Below, in pieces: positions 1 to 11,865 of a stretch of 64,000 nucleotides of DNA. The notes beneath the pieces were generated by a model. It was not told the origin of the DNA. It did no database searches and was given only the letters and a program-made list of their open reading frames with translations. Each line of letters opens with the position of its first letter. Position 1 is the first letter of the stretch. Origin of the DNA: Iphione sp. A-MEVVRFRX5 (taxonomy: Eukaryota); NCBI GenBank assembly GCA_976226885.1, contig OZ320317.1, forward strand, positions 79,794,001 through 79,858,000, in the 5' to 3' direction. The position numbers and the translations under genes were made by a program.

Positions 1-289
1 CTCTACCACCTGGCGTCTAGATAGTTGGCTGTATATATTTTTACAAGACACAAATATGTGAAAGGTTGCTCTTTTGCGGCTATGGTTGTACAACGTTTGA
101 GAGGAATCAATGTTGGGACAGGGGTTTAGACACAGTGCTTGCGACACACTTTGTCTTCAAAATGTGCACTCTTCAAACTAACGTTCTATACATTGTAACG
201 TGTCAATCGTCGTCAGGCCGGATGGCCACCGCGAAATAAAGAACTTCCACACAGAATATGCGTTGTTGCTCTCACTTCCAAGTCCGGAT

Positions 290-540
290 GAGAACTGTCT
301 TTATTCAGGAAATCAGTGCCCTTATATACAGAGTCTGGCTCTAAAATTAGCCATGGTACATCCTTAAAAATAGTAACACCCTCCCCCAGAGATCTTTCTG
401 GAGGGGTGCTTCTGGAAACTTCTATAGCACATACTACCTTTCTCTACAGGATTCTTCTGGAGAGATCCTTTCTAGAACCTTCCGAGCTATGCTCGGTACA
501 CACGTACTCCCTCCTAGGGGAGTTTCTAGAATGTTCTTCC
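290..540 (-). promoter_or_regulatory. Heat-shock (HSF) promoter directed leftwards out of the window
   Basis: Three perfect 3-unit HSEs (TTCnnGAAnnTTC) at 410-422, 470-482 and 524-536, plus imperfect ones at 391-403 and 455-467. Minus-strand TATATAAG at 328-321 and an Inr-like ACAGTT with its A at 296, 32 nt downstream of the TATA start. Confidence 0.8.
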
Positions 541-1519
541 CACCCCACGCCACCGGTGGCTATGTCGGAGGATTATCCTCCGAGAACCCTTTCGGAGGAA
601 ACACTCTCAATGCGCATTTTATCTATACCAAATGCCGAAACGCTACAACATATATCACGATGCCACAGTCCTTTGTTTTACAAATCCTTTCTCTCTATCC
701 TGCCTATAATTTTTGTGTCCGGATCCAGTATCCCATTGGATCCATTAGAGGTACGTAATGTTTGAGTCAATATGAAAAAAGCACTATCTATTTTTCATTA
801 TTCTGTGATGCTATTCACGATACTACGCACATTCAAAGCGAACACTAATTAATTAATAGTAATTAATCCATAATTCTGATCCAGGAATCGACCCTGGAGG
901 GACTAAGTAGTTTGGTCTGCCTGCCAGATAGAAATATGAATCTATATAGAGCTATCTATATAGTGCTCACAGCTTCCAAATTATCTACGGCAGTCAGGTG
1001 TAGTCCAACTCTCTGAATAGTAATACGTCTTTATAATTGTCATCAGATAACTCAGTGTTCCTTCATTTGTCTCATTCCAGTATTAGGATGTAATTACGGA
1101 TAGTTTTTTAAAGATGGCTGGATCACATTTGTAGCAAAACATGACAAAGTATCAGATCAGCTTAAAATATTATAGTATACAAATATGTTGAAGGCACATA
1201 AAGCATTGTCTGGTATATGAAAGCCTGTTACGAACGGTTTATATCGTCAAGGATATCCATGAGCATGCAATATCAACTTATTTACAACTACCTAAATAGA
1301 TGTAGGCAAAAGCATATGTGGACGTATAAACATACGACAAGCTTAACAAATACTATACAATGTCACGATGCGGGCAGTTTGTTATTCTGGGATAAACTAC
1401 CCTCACTTTTAATCTGCCCTCTTTCTGGCCCTTTTGTGAAGGAGATAATAGATTTTTTTATTTTAGATTTTTTTATTTTCCTATTTCTAAATTGTTTTCC
1501 ATCGTGGTGTGTCAATAAA

Positions 1520-1560
1520 TTGGATGTGTTCCACTAGCATTTGGATGTGTTCCAATAGCA
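1520..1560. repeat. 21-bp tandem duplication
   Basis: TTGGATGTGTTCCA(C/A)TAGCA occurs at 1520 and again at 1541. Confidence 0.9.
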
Positions 1561-3383
1561 ATAAAAAGGCACGCATAAAAAAAAGCGCGCAAGATCCCTT
1601 GTAAGGTAAATGTTCAGAAATCACATAAAGTAATTATATCCGATATCATTGAATACATTCCCTGAAGAAATGAAGGGTGTCCTCGATTGTTTGCCCTCAA
1701 GTTGAAGCAGAGCCAGGGAGGCACATCTGAGGAAATCTCTGAGATGACAGATGAGCAAATGATATGGCTGAGGTACTTTTATTTGTATATACTCTCAGCT
1801 AATTGATGCAATCAGAACAAGTGACAGAAAAAAGTTTAAGCTGATTCCCAGAAGGCATCTAATCCTCGAGAGATGAAATTGTAGCCTGAAGAGTGGAAAA
1901 TTAAATTTCTAAGAAGCGCGGACTGCCCTGGGCTGACATTCTATGAGAACAGGAAACTGCACATAGTGCATATACTGGTGGGTGTGTACTGCTGACAAAT
2001 TACATATTCCCCAACGAAGATTGTAGATAATCCAGTCAACTTTTTAATCTGAGGATCAAGAGGTTGCCATCTCGAACTCTCTCAATTCTATGACGTTGCT
2101 TCCCCCCAGAAAGGCCGGACTCTTATCATAATGAGATTTGCTTGGATTATTCTTTTTTTTTCTCTCTCTCTGTTTTTTTGTCACCGCTGGTGTTCCATAT
2201 TTGCAGCTGCGCGGATAACAGACACAGTGTGCGGGAGGCATCTGTGCTGCCCCCTACGGCCTCCCTCACTCCCTCTGGTGATGGCCGCTTTCCTTTGACG
2301 TCTGATCGCCAACTGACGCGAAAAACAAGTCGCTCGATCTTGCCGCCTTGCTCTCCGCGTATGGACTGCGCATCTGCCTCACGCTGAGGAGGGTCTGCCA
2401 GACGGCGTCCGTCCAGCTTCCCTTGCCACCCCGCCTCGCCCTACATATTACCCCCCCCCACACACACACACACACACTCCCTCCTTCCACCTCTACCACA
2501 ACCAGCGGACCAGCTGTCCGACCTTATTGAAGTGACAGCCGAGATATTACCCCCGAGATGGTAACGCCAGCGAACGGTGCACTTTTTTTTGGTTGACAGA
2601 TCTGATTGGACTGTGGGCTTGGATACACCGCCGAAGTGTCGAGCTCGTCTAAGGCCTGATGGACGAATCCAGTTTGCTTCCAGGAGCATTAATTTGTAAG
2701 AAAGTAGCCAGGAAAGTGGCAGGTCCTCATTGCTTGGGGAGCAGAGGGGCGAAAGAGAAAGTAGGGGTAGAAATTGCAGTATCCATATATGCTAGTGAAT
2801 ACAACCTCTTGTCGTGTTCTATTTCAGAGCTGAAAGACCGGACCAGATCTATCCTTATACTAAGATGTGCTTTTTGACTTATCCGAAATTACGGTCATCG
2901 TGTACTTCTGGAAGGGAACTTGCAAGTAAAGAGTGGCCTATGTACTTATGTTCATTTATAAAGACAGCGATGACAATAATGCATTTTAATATTCCGGGAA
3001 GAAAGAGGAGTGGTAATCGGTATCCGAAAATGACAAGAGAACAGGAAGGAAAGACCAGTCTGAGCGTTAACCAAAACACGCTTCCGTCGGAAAATTAAAA
3101 GAAATTGTGCACTGATATGGCCGCAGATACCTATCTCTTCCAATACATTCATTTCCATGACAACATCTTTCTGATAGACAATCAGATACCTGCAAGTTCA
3201 AGGGCACGTTTACGTTAAGAAGGACAGCGCCGGGCTGAGGCGAAGGCCGATGCAGGTGACCCAGGAATGGGAGAGGGAGGCGCGGGGGAAGGTTCTACAA
3301 AAAATGGAAATCAGACCGAGATCAACCGGCAGACGACGAAGAATTGCACTAATTTGGTCCCTATCCAATCTTTATTCCCGGAC

Positions 3384-3488
3384 GGCCGCCATGTTTTGGT
3401 GACTGTGTGCGGCGTCTGTCAGCCAAAATGGCGTCTGCTGGGCACCGAGGCGACACCTAGTGGTCGCCGTGCCAAAGTCAATGGCGGC
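3384..3488. promoter_or_regulatory. YY1/Pho-like motif cluster around a CTCF-like site
   Basis: GGCCGCCATGTTTT 3384-3397, CAAAATGGCG 3424-3433 and CAATGGCGGC 3479-3488. A minus-strand CCACTAGGTGTCGC lies at 3450-3463, inside a CpG-rich patch. Confidence 0.4.
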
Positions 3489-5556
3489 AGACGACATTTT
3501 GATGTAGCCGCTCCTGGCGAACTGTCGCCGGGAGTTAACTACATACGGATCAGGATGCCTCCCAGTCCCGTGGAAGTCTTTTTTCATCTTCTCCACCATT
3601 CTCCTCCTCGTTCTCCATGCTTTCCTATTCCTCTTCTCATCGTGAGGATAGTAATAAATGTATATAGAACGCGGAGAAAAAAAGCTCGCCAGGATGAAGA
3701 AACTGAGGAATCCTTCGAAGGTAATATGGATAACTCAGAACAGAAAGTGTTCATCAGGAAACAATATTTTTATCTCTTGAAAACAAGTTTCTCGTTACGC
3801 TCCACTGCGTTGCGCTTAGCTTATCAAAACTGTAATGGATACTAACACTTCATTTGATATGCTCCTATATCCGATTTTCTGTCAACTGATTGGTCACCCC
3901 GAGTGGCCACGTTTTCAATTACGAAGTATAATATGAATGCACTGCCTTCTCCGTTTTTAGTTCTTGGAAAGAACCCTACATCATTAGCTTTTGAAGAGTA
4001 AAAAATTATTCGAAGAATTCAAAAAATACTTATTCGTCATGTTCAGTAACAGTAGGGAACTTCAAAGCAAGAGACCAACGGTACTCTATGGGGTGCCCTG
4101 TAGGTATAAAAATGACGTCTTCACGTAGCCTACTGCTGAGATTGATTCTACACTTGGGTATTATTTAAAGGCATGGGGAGAGACTGCCCATATCATTCCC
4201 CATATTTCATCTGTTCCCTCAACGTATCCACTTACATCCAGTTGATGGCCAGTCAGCTGAACTTAATGCTCCAAATGCAGGACCCCTAAGTGAACGTTCC
4301 CAATATTGGAAGGCGGCTGTCGGACCTGCATTCCGCCATGTTTATATTCCTCGGTCTGCCCATATATTTCCGGTAGGCTACAGCGGCACCGAACTCAGAT
4401 CCAACTAATGGCCCGAATCTACTCATAATTGCCTGGGATTACTTGCATATTATCCCCTCTTTATTCATAGGTAGCCGGAAATCGCTGGAAGGACACCCTA
4501 TTACTGCGCGTGCGCTGAAAGTGGTTTTATTTACTGGGGGTGGGGGGTGGGGATGGCTGGATAGTCCGAACTCTCTCACCAAGGCTCTTAATAATTTGTC
4601 AGCGCGAATACTGTCTATGTTTTCAATCATGCTTAGTTTCCGTGCGTTTTTTTTTTCGCTGGTATCATTACGAGCTTTGGGCCTGAGTGAAGGCTCGCGC
4701 CGTGCTCCTGACATTGGCAGCGTCCGTCTCCCCTCCCCCTCCCTCCCCCTCCGTCTCCCCCTGCTCCTCCCCCCGCCCCTTCTTGACTGCTGACTGCTGC
4801 CTTACCCACAGACGGAGTGGCTCAATTTGTCCCATCATACTCAGTCGCCTTCCTGGGTCATGTTCTTCACCTGCTAAAAGCCTGTGCGGAAGAATAATTG
4901 AAGCGGCGTAAGGCGTCCTGTGCCTGACCGCATAACCTCGGCCATATCACTCCGCTGAGCCTACTCCGAGGTGGCCGTGCAACAACTGTGCGTTGGGCGT
5001 GTCTGGCTCGACGGCAGCGGCCGTCGGCCGTTGTCACCCTTTAAGTTCATAGTCACGAACTATTTTTGCCAAGGAAAAAAGTCGACATCGTGCGTTCCTC
5101 CATTATAGGCCCAGTGATCTGCAGTGGGTTCTTTGAAGGCATGCAGACAGAAGAAATGATGGAATTGTCGGGGTTTTTAGAGGCAAATCTGACCTGAACA
5201 CTATGATAAATCATACAAGACTGAACCCATAAAATATCGACCAAAGCAAATAGATATCACTCACTAAGGTAATATTTACATGTATATATCCTTATTCATA
5301 TTGATCCCCTCTTCGGCGACAGATTTGAGGTGACAAATTCGCCCTCTAGAATGCTGATGTATACATTTCCCAGATACTAAGGTATCTCGTCATAAAATTA
5401 TCATTCACGATCACCTTTGACTCTCTCCAAAATCTGAGACCTTTACACTGGTTGAAACAAAGTTAGGATTGATTTCCGTGCCTGTGTTCGCAAATACGGA
5501 CACATTGATGGTGTTGACATCTTTCCCTGGACAGTCACAAACAGGGGCTACCCTTA

Positions 5557-6211
5557 GCCCCGGTTTCCTTACGTGCGTTGCCGTCCGTGTGCGTTGCTGT
5601 GCTTTGAAGTGCGGTGAATTATGTCATTATCGATCTATAAGCTATCAGTGAGAGTGTTTCCTTACCTGCATTGCTGTCCGTGTGCGTTGCTGTCCATTGC
5701 TGTCCGGTGCTCGTTTTCGGACCTTTCCCATAATTTTGCTGCAACCGCACTGCGCAACTCACTGCTATTTCCTCATTTTGACTGAATTTGACTGAATTTG
5801 ACTGACTTTTGACTGTAGATACCACACATTTCCGCACATTTCCGCACAATGACGTTTTTCCCCCAAATTTTTCCGCACATTTTTACCGTTTTGCGGGCTG
5901 TTTTGCATGAAATTAGTCGTTTTTCGGGCTGGTTTCCATGAAATTTGCCGTTTTGGGGGCGAATTTGCGTGAAATAATTGTTTTTCGGGACCATTTGCAT
6001 GGAATTTGCCGTTTTTCGGCATTTATTTTGCCGTTTTTTGTATAGTTTCATGTGTTTTCTCCCATCATTTCCTGCACTGTCCCGCAGGGTGTTTTAGGAC
6101 ACCCCTGTGCGTTGCCGTGCGGTAAGAGTACAACGCACATAAACGCACTTGGAACGCACGCAGACCTCTCCGCACCTCGCCGCACTTCACCGCATGTAAG
6201 GAAACCGGGCC
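5557..6211. mobile_element. PIF/Harbinger-type MITE (655 bp)
   Basis: TIRs GCCCCGGTTTCCTTACGTGCGTTG and (reverse complement) GGCCCGGTTTCCTTACATGCGGTG match at 21/24. Flanks are TTA and ATA (TWA-like 3-bp target). Internal 10-bp tandem repeats TTTGACTGAA and CCGCACATTT. No ORF. Confidence 0.8.
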
Positions 6212-6348
6212 ATATACAGTATCCCTCGACTACTACCACTTCAGCAATGCAGGTCCCATGCTATTCCAGCCAATTGCCTGGGAACAGATTCATTTCCATC
6301 ATAATCTAATACGTTAACCCTTCAGCAATCTTGCCATGATTGCCATAT

Positions 6349-7375
6349 CATCTGGGGATGATACTGGATGAGAGGATGACCTTCCAGCAGCATGTTGAAT
6401 ACACACTTAGGAAGATTAGCTATAAAGAGTACCTGTTAAAAGGATGAGAGTAAATATGACGAAGGAAATAGCATTTAGGATTATAAGAACCATGGTTGAG
6501 CCCGTTTTGACATATGGGCATAAAGTGATGGGGGTAGCAGGGAGAGCACAGATAGAGATGAAATCTACAAGTTGTACAAGATTGCACTCAATGCAAACAG
6601 TCAAGGAGTGATTAGGTGTAGGCCCTGTTTCCATACATGCGGCGATATCCAGAGCAGTGTGGCAGACCTCCGTATTCATTTCCAGTGTGTTTGTGTACAT
6701 TTTTGTTTTCCTGCACTCTCCTGCACAGGGGTGTTCCATACCTGCGGGAAAGTGATGGGATTGTGACTTTAACAGAAAGAGAGAGAGATTTATATGTTTT
6801 CATAGAGATTGAGGCATATCGGTAGAAATTGTGTGGTTTTTATGCAAATGATATGCAAATTATAAAATATTCATTTCATCTAACATATTATTAGACTAGT
6901 ACATAAATCATGTTGAAAAGTCAGGAAATGTGAAGGAATAGCAGTGCATTGGTGTGCATTGCCATGCGTGTGTGGTAAATGATTGAACCTGGTCCGAAAA
7001 TGGGCAACACACTTCACTGCACACATACTTCACTGCATGTATGGAACATCCTTCACTGATAACCTATTAGCCAATAATGATGCACTTCACTGCACAGAAT
7101 TGCACACAGACATCGACGCATGTAAGAAAACCAGGCCTTAGAACTGAAAGGAAGATGGTCCCAGTTCGGATTGATAAGATTATGTAATGGTGATAATGCA
7201 TAAACAATTACGTAATAGAGATGAACTATTCCAGATTAAAAGGAAAGGGAGAAGGGGTGTGCAATTAATTGTTAAGAGGGTAAAAAAGGAGGTCTCTCGG
7301 GACAGTTGGTGTTATGATGGTAGTCTGAACTCGAATACGTTATCAAATTCCTTAAAAGATGAGGCCAAAAAAACA
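6349..7375 (+). pseudogene. Decayed 3' part of a LINE ORF2 (CR1/L2-like), split by a MITE
   Basis: HLGMILDERMTFQQHVEY (YLGVxLDxxLTFxxHV motif) and RTMVEPVLTYG before the MITE. VKRVKKEVSRDSWCYDGSLNSNTL (resembles SFxYxGxxxWNxL) after it. Contains frameshifts. Confidence 0.65.
6621..7137. mobile_element. Second PIF/Harbinger-type MITE (517 bp), same family as 5557-6211
   Basis: TIRs GGCCCTGTTTCCATACATGCG and (reverse complement) GGCCTGGTTTTCTTACATGCG match at 17/21. Flanks GTA and TTA. Shares the internal word TTCCTGCACTxTCC with the first MITE. Confidence 0.7.
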
Positions 7376-9394
7376 TAGGTCTGTTTCTGGTCTAGGTAGG
7401 AAGGGGGGTATATTTTTTTTATTTTTTTCCATTTTCTTCCTCTGGATTTCAATGATAATAAAGACAATAAGAAGGAGTTTGACCAATCTGTATGAGTTTT
7501 ACAGTTTTTAGTGAATTTCCATGGATTTTGTTGTTTTTCTACTAAATTTACCAAAAACATGTGTTGTGAAAACATATATCTAAGGAGATTCAGCCTTGGA
7601 AATTCTCTGGGCCCAAAATTGTTTAGATAAGGTGCAGTTCTACTAGGTAGGGCTGGGTTACCAGAAACACACCTATTATTTTTTTTGGCTTGAGATGAAA
7701 CTGAGGGAGTTCAGTAGAAAACTTATGCGGACATGGGGAATAAATATAAACATGAGAACTTTAGAATTACATGAACGTATCTAACCTTACGGATGGATTA
7801 TGGGTTAGACAATTGAGCTTTTGTCGTCAACAACATCATTTTTTATTATTATAATTATTAATGTTATTTTAAAATGCAAGAGATAAGGAAAGTAGAAGAA
7901 GTTCTGGTAATGTAACAATAATCATGAAGTCCTTTCATGTTAAGGTAGGTTAAGACAGTGGAATAGCATTGAATAAAATGTCATTGAGTATCTGGTAACA
8001 GGGGTTAATGCCTTAATAAAGATAAAGCAATAAGGACCCTGTTTGCCTGTAAGTGGGATTGAGGCATCCCATGGGATATTATAGTGAAAAATCAATACAA
8101 AATTCCAAGATGTCCCAGATGGTTCCCCTCACCCTGCAATCAAATTCTCTCACCTCTCCTGATCACATTTGCATACAATTTTACTACAAATTACCCTTCA
8201 TTTTCTTATAGTGCACATTTGTATCATTTCATTTGATCATTATTCTGTTGTGTATTGGATATGACTTATTTCATCTAATAAACCTCCAGAATATTGTTCC
8301 TGTATCATTTCTTCCACGTCCTTTTTACTTTGAATTTGTATTCATGGTTTTCCAAATTAGCTTGGAACAAATGGTGGTCGGATTTCCGAGGGGATACTGC
8401 AATTTTATGAGGCAACGTGTGCATGAGGGCTGCTCATTCTAGTGACAGCCTCATGTGAGGCCAGACGAAAGTCTGCTGAAGGTTATGTGCAACCCAAATG
8501 CTTTAGATGAATAAAAAATATATTTTGCAGGCTTGAGGAAATGTGTAGAAATGTGAAACACACATAAAATTGACCTTTCTCAAAAAAACCTCGAGGAATG
8601 AATCCTCTAAGAAAAAAACAGTTTTAACGCATTCATTGCAAGGAAATTAGGAAGTAGGGACATGTACATCTATAAGACCGAATGATGTACATGTATTAAT
8701 AAACATCAAGTGAAAACCTTGCCTCTCATAATGAAATTTCCCATACCAAAGGGAAATCAAGATGCACATGTGCATGCATTTCATTAACAGAGATACACCT
8801 GTACGTATATACACACTACTTGATTCTAAACTTATTCTTTTATACTACTGGTTTGTTCCTGTGCATGGATGTATTATTGTATAAAAATAACGAGCACTGT
8901 TCAACAGTGCACTCGCATATGGTAATGCAAAAGCATTAATAGGGAAGGCATGTATGTTAACAATCAGGTTCATTACAATGTCTTCATTATAAACGCAATA
9001 TGAATGCAATGCTTTGGTGCAAGTATGGAAACATGCCCTTGATCCTCAAAAGATTAACGGAAAAGTGTCTAAAATCTAAACTCAAAAACTTCCGTAAACC
9101 CTGTAATTTTCACACAATACCAGAATGCTTAGGGCGGATACCCAGCGTGCCGCCCCGAAAGGAATGACTACAAAGATTTCCTAGATGGCATGCTGTATTC
9201 TTAGCTATTATTTATATACTGTACAATCATATTCATACGGTAATCGGCACACCTGGTTTCAGAAGTGAGTTTCCCTTGGCAAACGTTCTATCTGTAGTCT
9301 TCATGTCAGTTTACTACGAGTTCAATTCAGTAAATTCTGCCCGATCAAGAACGTGTCCCATTTCAAGTTCCTTGGGAATACAATTGATGTTAAG

Positions 9395-9958
9395 CTGAGT
9401 CGAAGACAACATGCTCTGGAGGTGAAGAGGGGGGTGAGGCAGAGGGCCTTCCTAATGTGGATATTGGTAGTCCCCCTCCTGGGATCCCTGAGGGTTGCCA
9501 TCCCATCAACACAGTTAAGACAGAAGGCCCACATGCCATCGCTTGAGGCCAGGGGAGACCTACAGCTAGTCCTACTAATCCACAGGCTAGTATTAATGCA
9601 TGAGTGTTGTATTGCGACGAATAAGAGAGATACTAGATAGAGTATTGAGTCAAATGCTGCCCGTGAAATGTCCCAAAACTAGCCTGTATCGGACCAGTTT
9701 CAAGTATTGGAGTTTGACTAAGTGGAACTTCTTAAAAATTCATGGCAAGCTGTTGCTGACAACTGTCCTGTAAACTTGCAATGTCTAGATGAGGAGAGGA
9801 CCTGCATGTAGGATTGTACTACTTCCCAACTCCATATACGTGTTGTCTATGTGTGTTAAATTCTGTGTCCTTAAGTGTTTCTTCCACTGGAAGAGCTCGA
9901 TGTATGATTAATATAATATTGTACAAGAGAAGCAGAATAAAATCGTAAAATCTTGAAA
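9395..9958 (+). pseudogene. LINE 3' fragment (ORF2 C-terminus, 3' UTR and tail)
   Basis: LRQKAHMPSLEARGDLQLVLLIHRL and PKTSLYRTSFKYWSLTKWNFL are typical post-RT motifs of CR1/L2-group LINEs. AATAAA at 9936-9941 is followed by an AAAATC-like tail. Confidence 0.65.
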
Positions 9959-11804
9959 ATTACTGACACAATTAAGAAGGTAATACCTATTCGTCGTCGC
10001 TATGATAAATTGTGTACGAAACCTATGATGCGTGATGAGCTACTGTTGAGTTAGCACTTCAGATACTATGTGAGAAAATGTCGTACTCATACTGTCCAAC
10101 AAAACATTCCTGGCAGACCTCTCCAAGCTATCCTTAATTCCTAAAACAGATTATAAAGTAATTTTTCTTGGCCAAACTCGCCATAATTCTGGTCTTGTTT
10201 ATTTTGAGGTCTGTCCCATATGTGGCATTTCACTGTACCTATTAGCTTTTTGCACGTGTGCCTACGTGTATACATGTAAGTATGTACACTTATGTGAGTG
10301 CAGGTACGCGTCTGTGACGCAAGGACATCAAACGGAACTACACATATACCAAATACCACACAAATACCATTCTCGTTAAATATCAGTAAATAGCGCTGCT
10401 TGTGTATGTTTATCGATAGCTCTTAGTAGTAGTGTGCCCTGCGCACGTTTGAAACAATCCTAAAAAGCTGCATCAATAAATCATCTGGAACATGAAATAA
10501 ATCAAAATGCGTCGCCTGTCCGTCAGCCTGTCTCCTCGCCAGAACGCCCAATCACCTCGGGGCTTGTGTCATTCATTACCTCTCCACAGCTCGATGACAG
10601 TGCCGCCTGGTGGAAAGACAAGGCACAGGCAGCTCACTAATCAGTTGTAGGTTTTTGTTTCAAATCACGCTGGGCTGTTACTAATGTATACCTTTCGCTG
10701 GGTGTCAGTCATTTCCACCTCAGCGACTCCTCAGTGCGTTTAGAGTGTATGCGCGACGATGAGTGATAATACACTTGGCACTTTCAGCATGAAAGCCTTA
10801 CTTATAAGTGCCACTGAGTGTCAATACTTGTCAGGTAGTCCAATTTTCAGTGTGGTGATATAATTTTTGCCTTTTCGCATCTTCCCTCTATTGAGTTTTT
10901 CCTCATTTGGCATGCACGTCTCTTGTCCCTGCGTCCTTCCCCTAAACCGCCCCCCCCTTCTGCATACCACTGCTAGAACTGAAAATAATTATAAACGCAC
11001 TTGTCACATACGCATCGCCTGCTGCATGCGAACGACTGGATTACTACGTCTTGTGTGTTATGGTAAATGTTCACATACACTCTCTCTACTTTCATGGTCT
11101 AGACCTTTTTGTTATGATTGTGAACTCCGGTACACCACCTCGAGGAGAGAATTAGCCTCGCTTTGTCAATTTCGTTATGGCTAAGTGTTGCTTTCCCAGC
11201 CTTCATCACAACAGGAACCTATTAAAATGGTAATTGCGCTCACGCACATCTTTCAAATTCCGCTTTCAACTTTAATGGATGAAGGATATAGTTGTAAGTC
11301 TCATGAATATGCCACAAAATACAACTGCCCACAATATAATGTAGAAGACTGACTGTTACAAAGTAAAGAAGTACGTAAAATGGTATAATGACAGAATACA
11401 GAATAATAATGAATACACTTGGAGACGCACATACCAAATGACAGAATGCAAACAGTAGAGTGCACACTAGCAACGTGTATAACCACCAGATTCCACCAAT
11501 GTGAGTCCCTGATCCTCGAGCGACTCTCCGCCCTCCATTTCCCGGCAGAATGAGATAATAGATTACATGCATACTTAACATGCAGATCTCACTAAGAGAA
11601 GTACATATCATACCTATGTTCGCAATAAAATGACAGATATGTGCACAGCATGAAATATGATATACAATTAACCCAAATACAAACCAACAATGGGCCGTAA
11701 ACAAAAGATACACCCTCAAAAATAATATGCAACTAGCATCATGAATGTGCCAGTGATTAAAACGTAGCTACCGCTCGTGTCAGTGATTTAACAGAATTGC
11801 CGTT

Positions 11805-11810
11805 TACACA

Positions 11811-11841
<31 letters not shown>

Positions 11842-11865
11842 GCGCACACACACATGCATACACAC
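11805..11865. repeat. Compound (CA)n(CG)9(CA)n microsatellite
   Basis: About 60 bp of uninterrupted purine/pyrimidine alternation, with (CG)9 at 11827-11844. Confidence 0.95.

Noticed and set aside
316-765. 149-aa ORF
   Set aside because: Overlaps the HSE cluster; its repeated LE/SE words are translated TTCTAGAA motifs.
870-930. tRNA-derived SINE (minus-strand GGGTCGATTCC, B-box-like)
   Set aside because: No A-box or cloverleaf upstream.
4939-4950. CGGCCATATCAC resembling the 5' end of 5S rRNA
   Set aside because: Similarity stops after 12 nt and there are no internal A/C boxes.
11240-11719. 159-aa hydrophobic minus-strand ORF as a membrane protein
   Set aside because: Antisense of an A/CA-rich stretch, which yields F/L/I/V/C codons by composition; no family motif.
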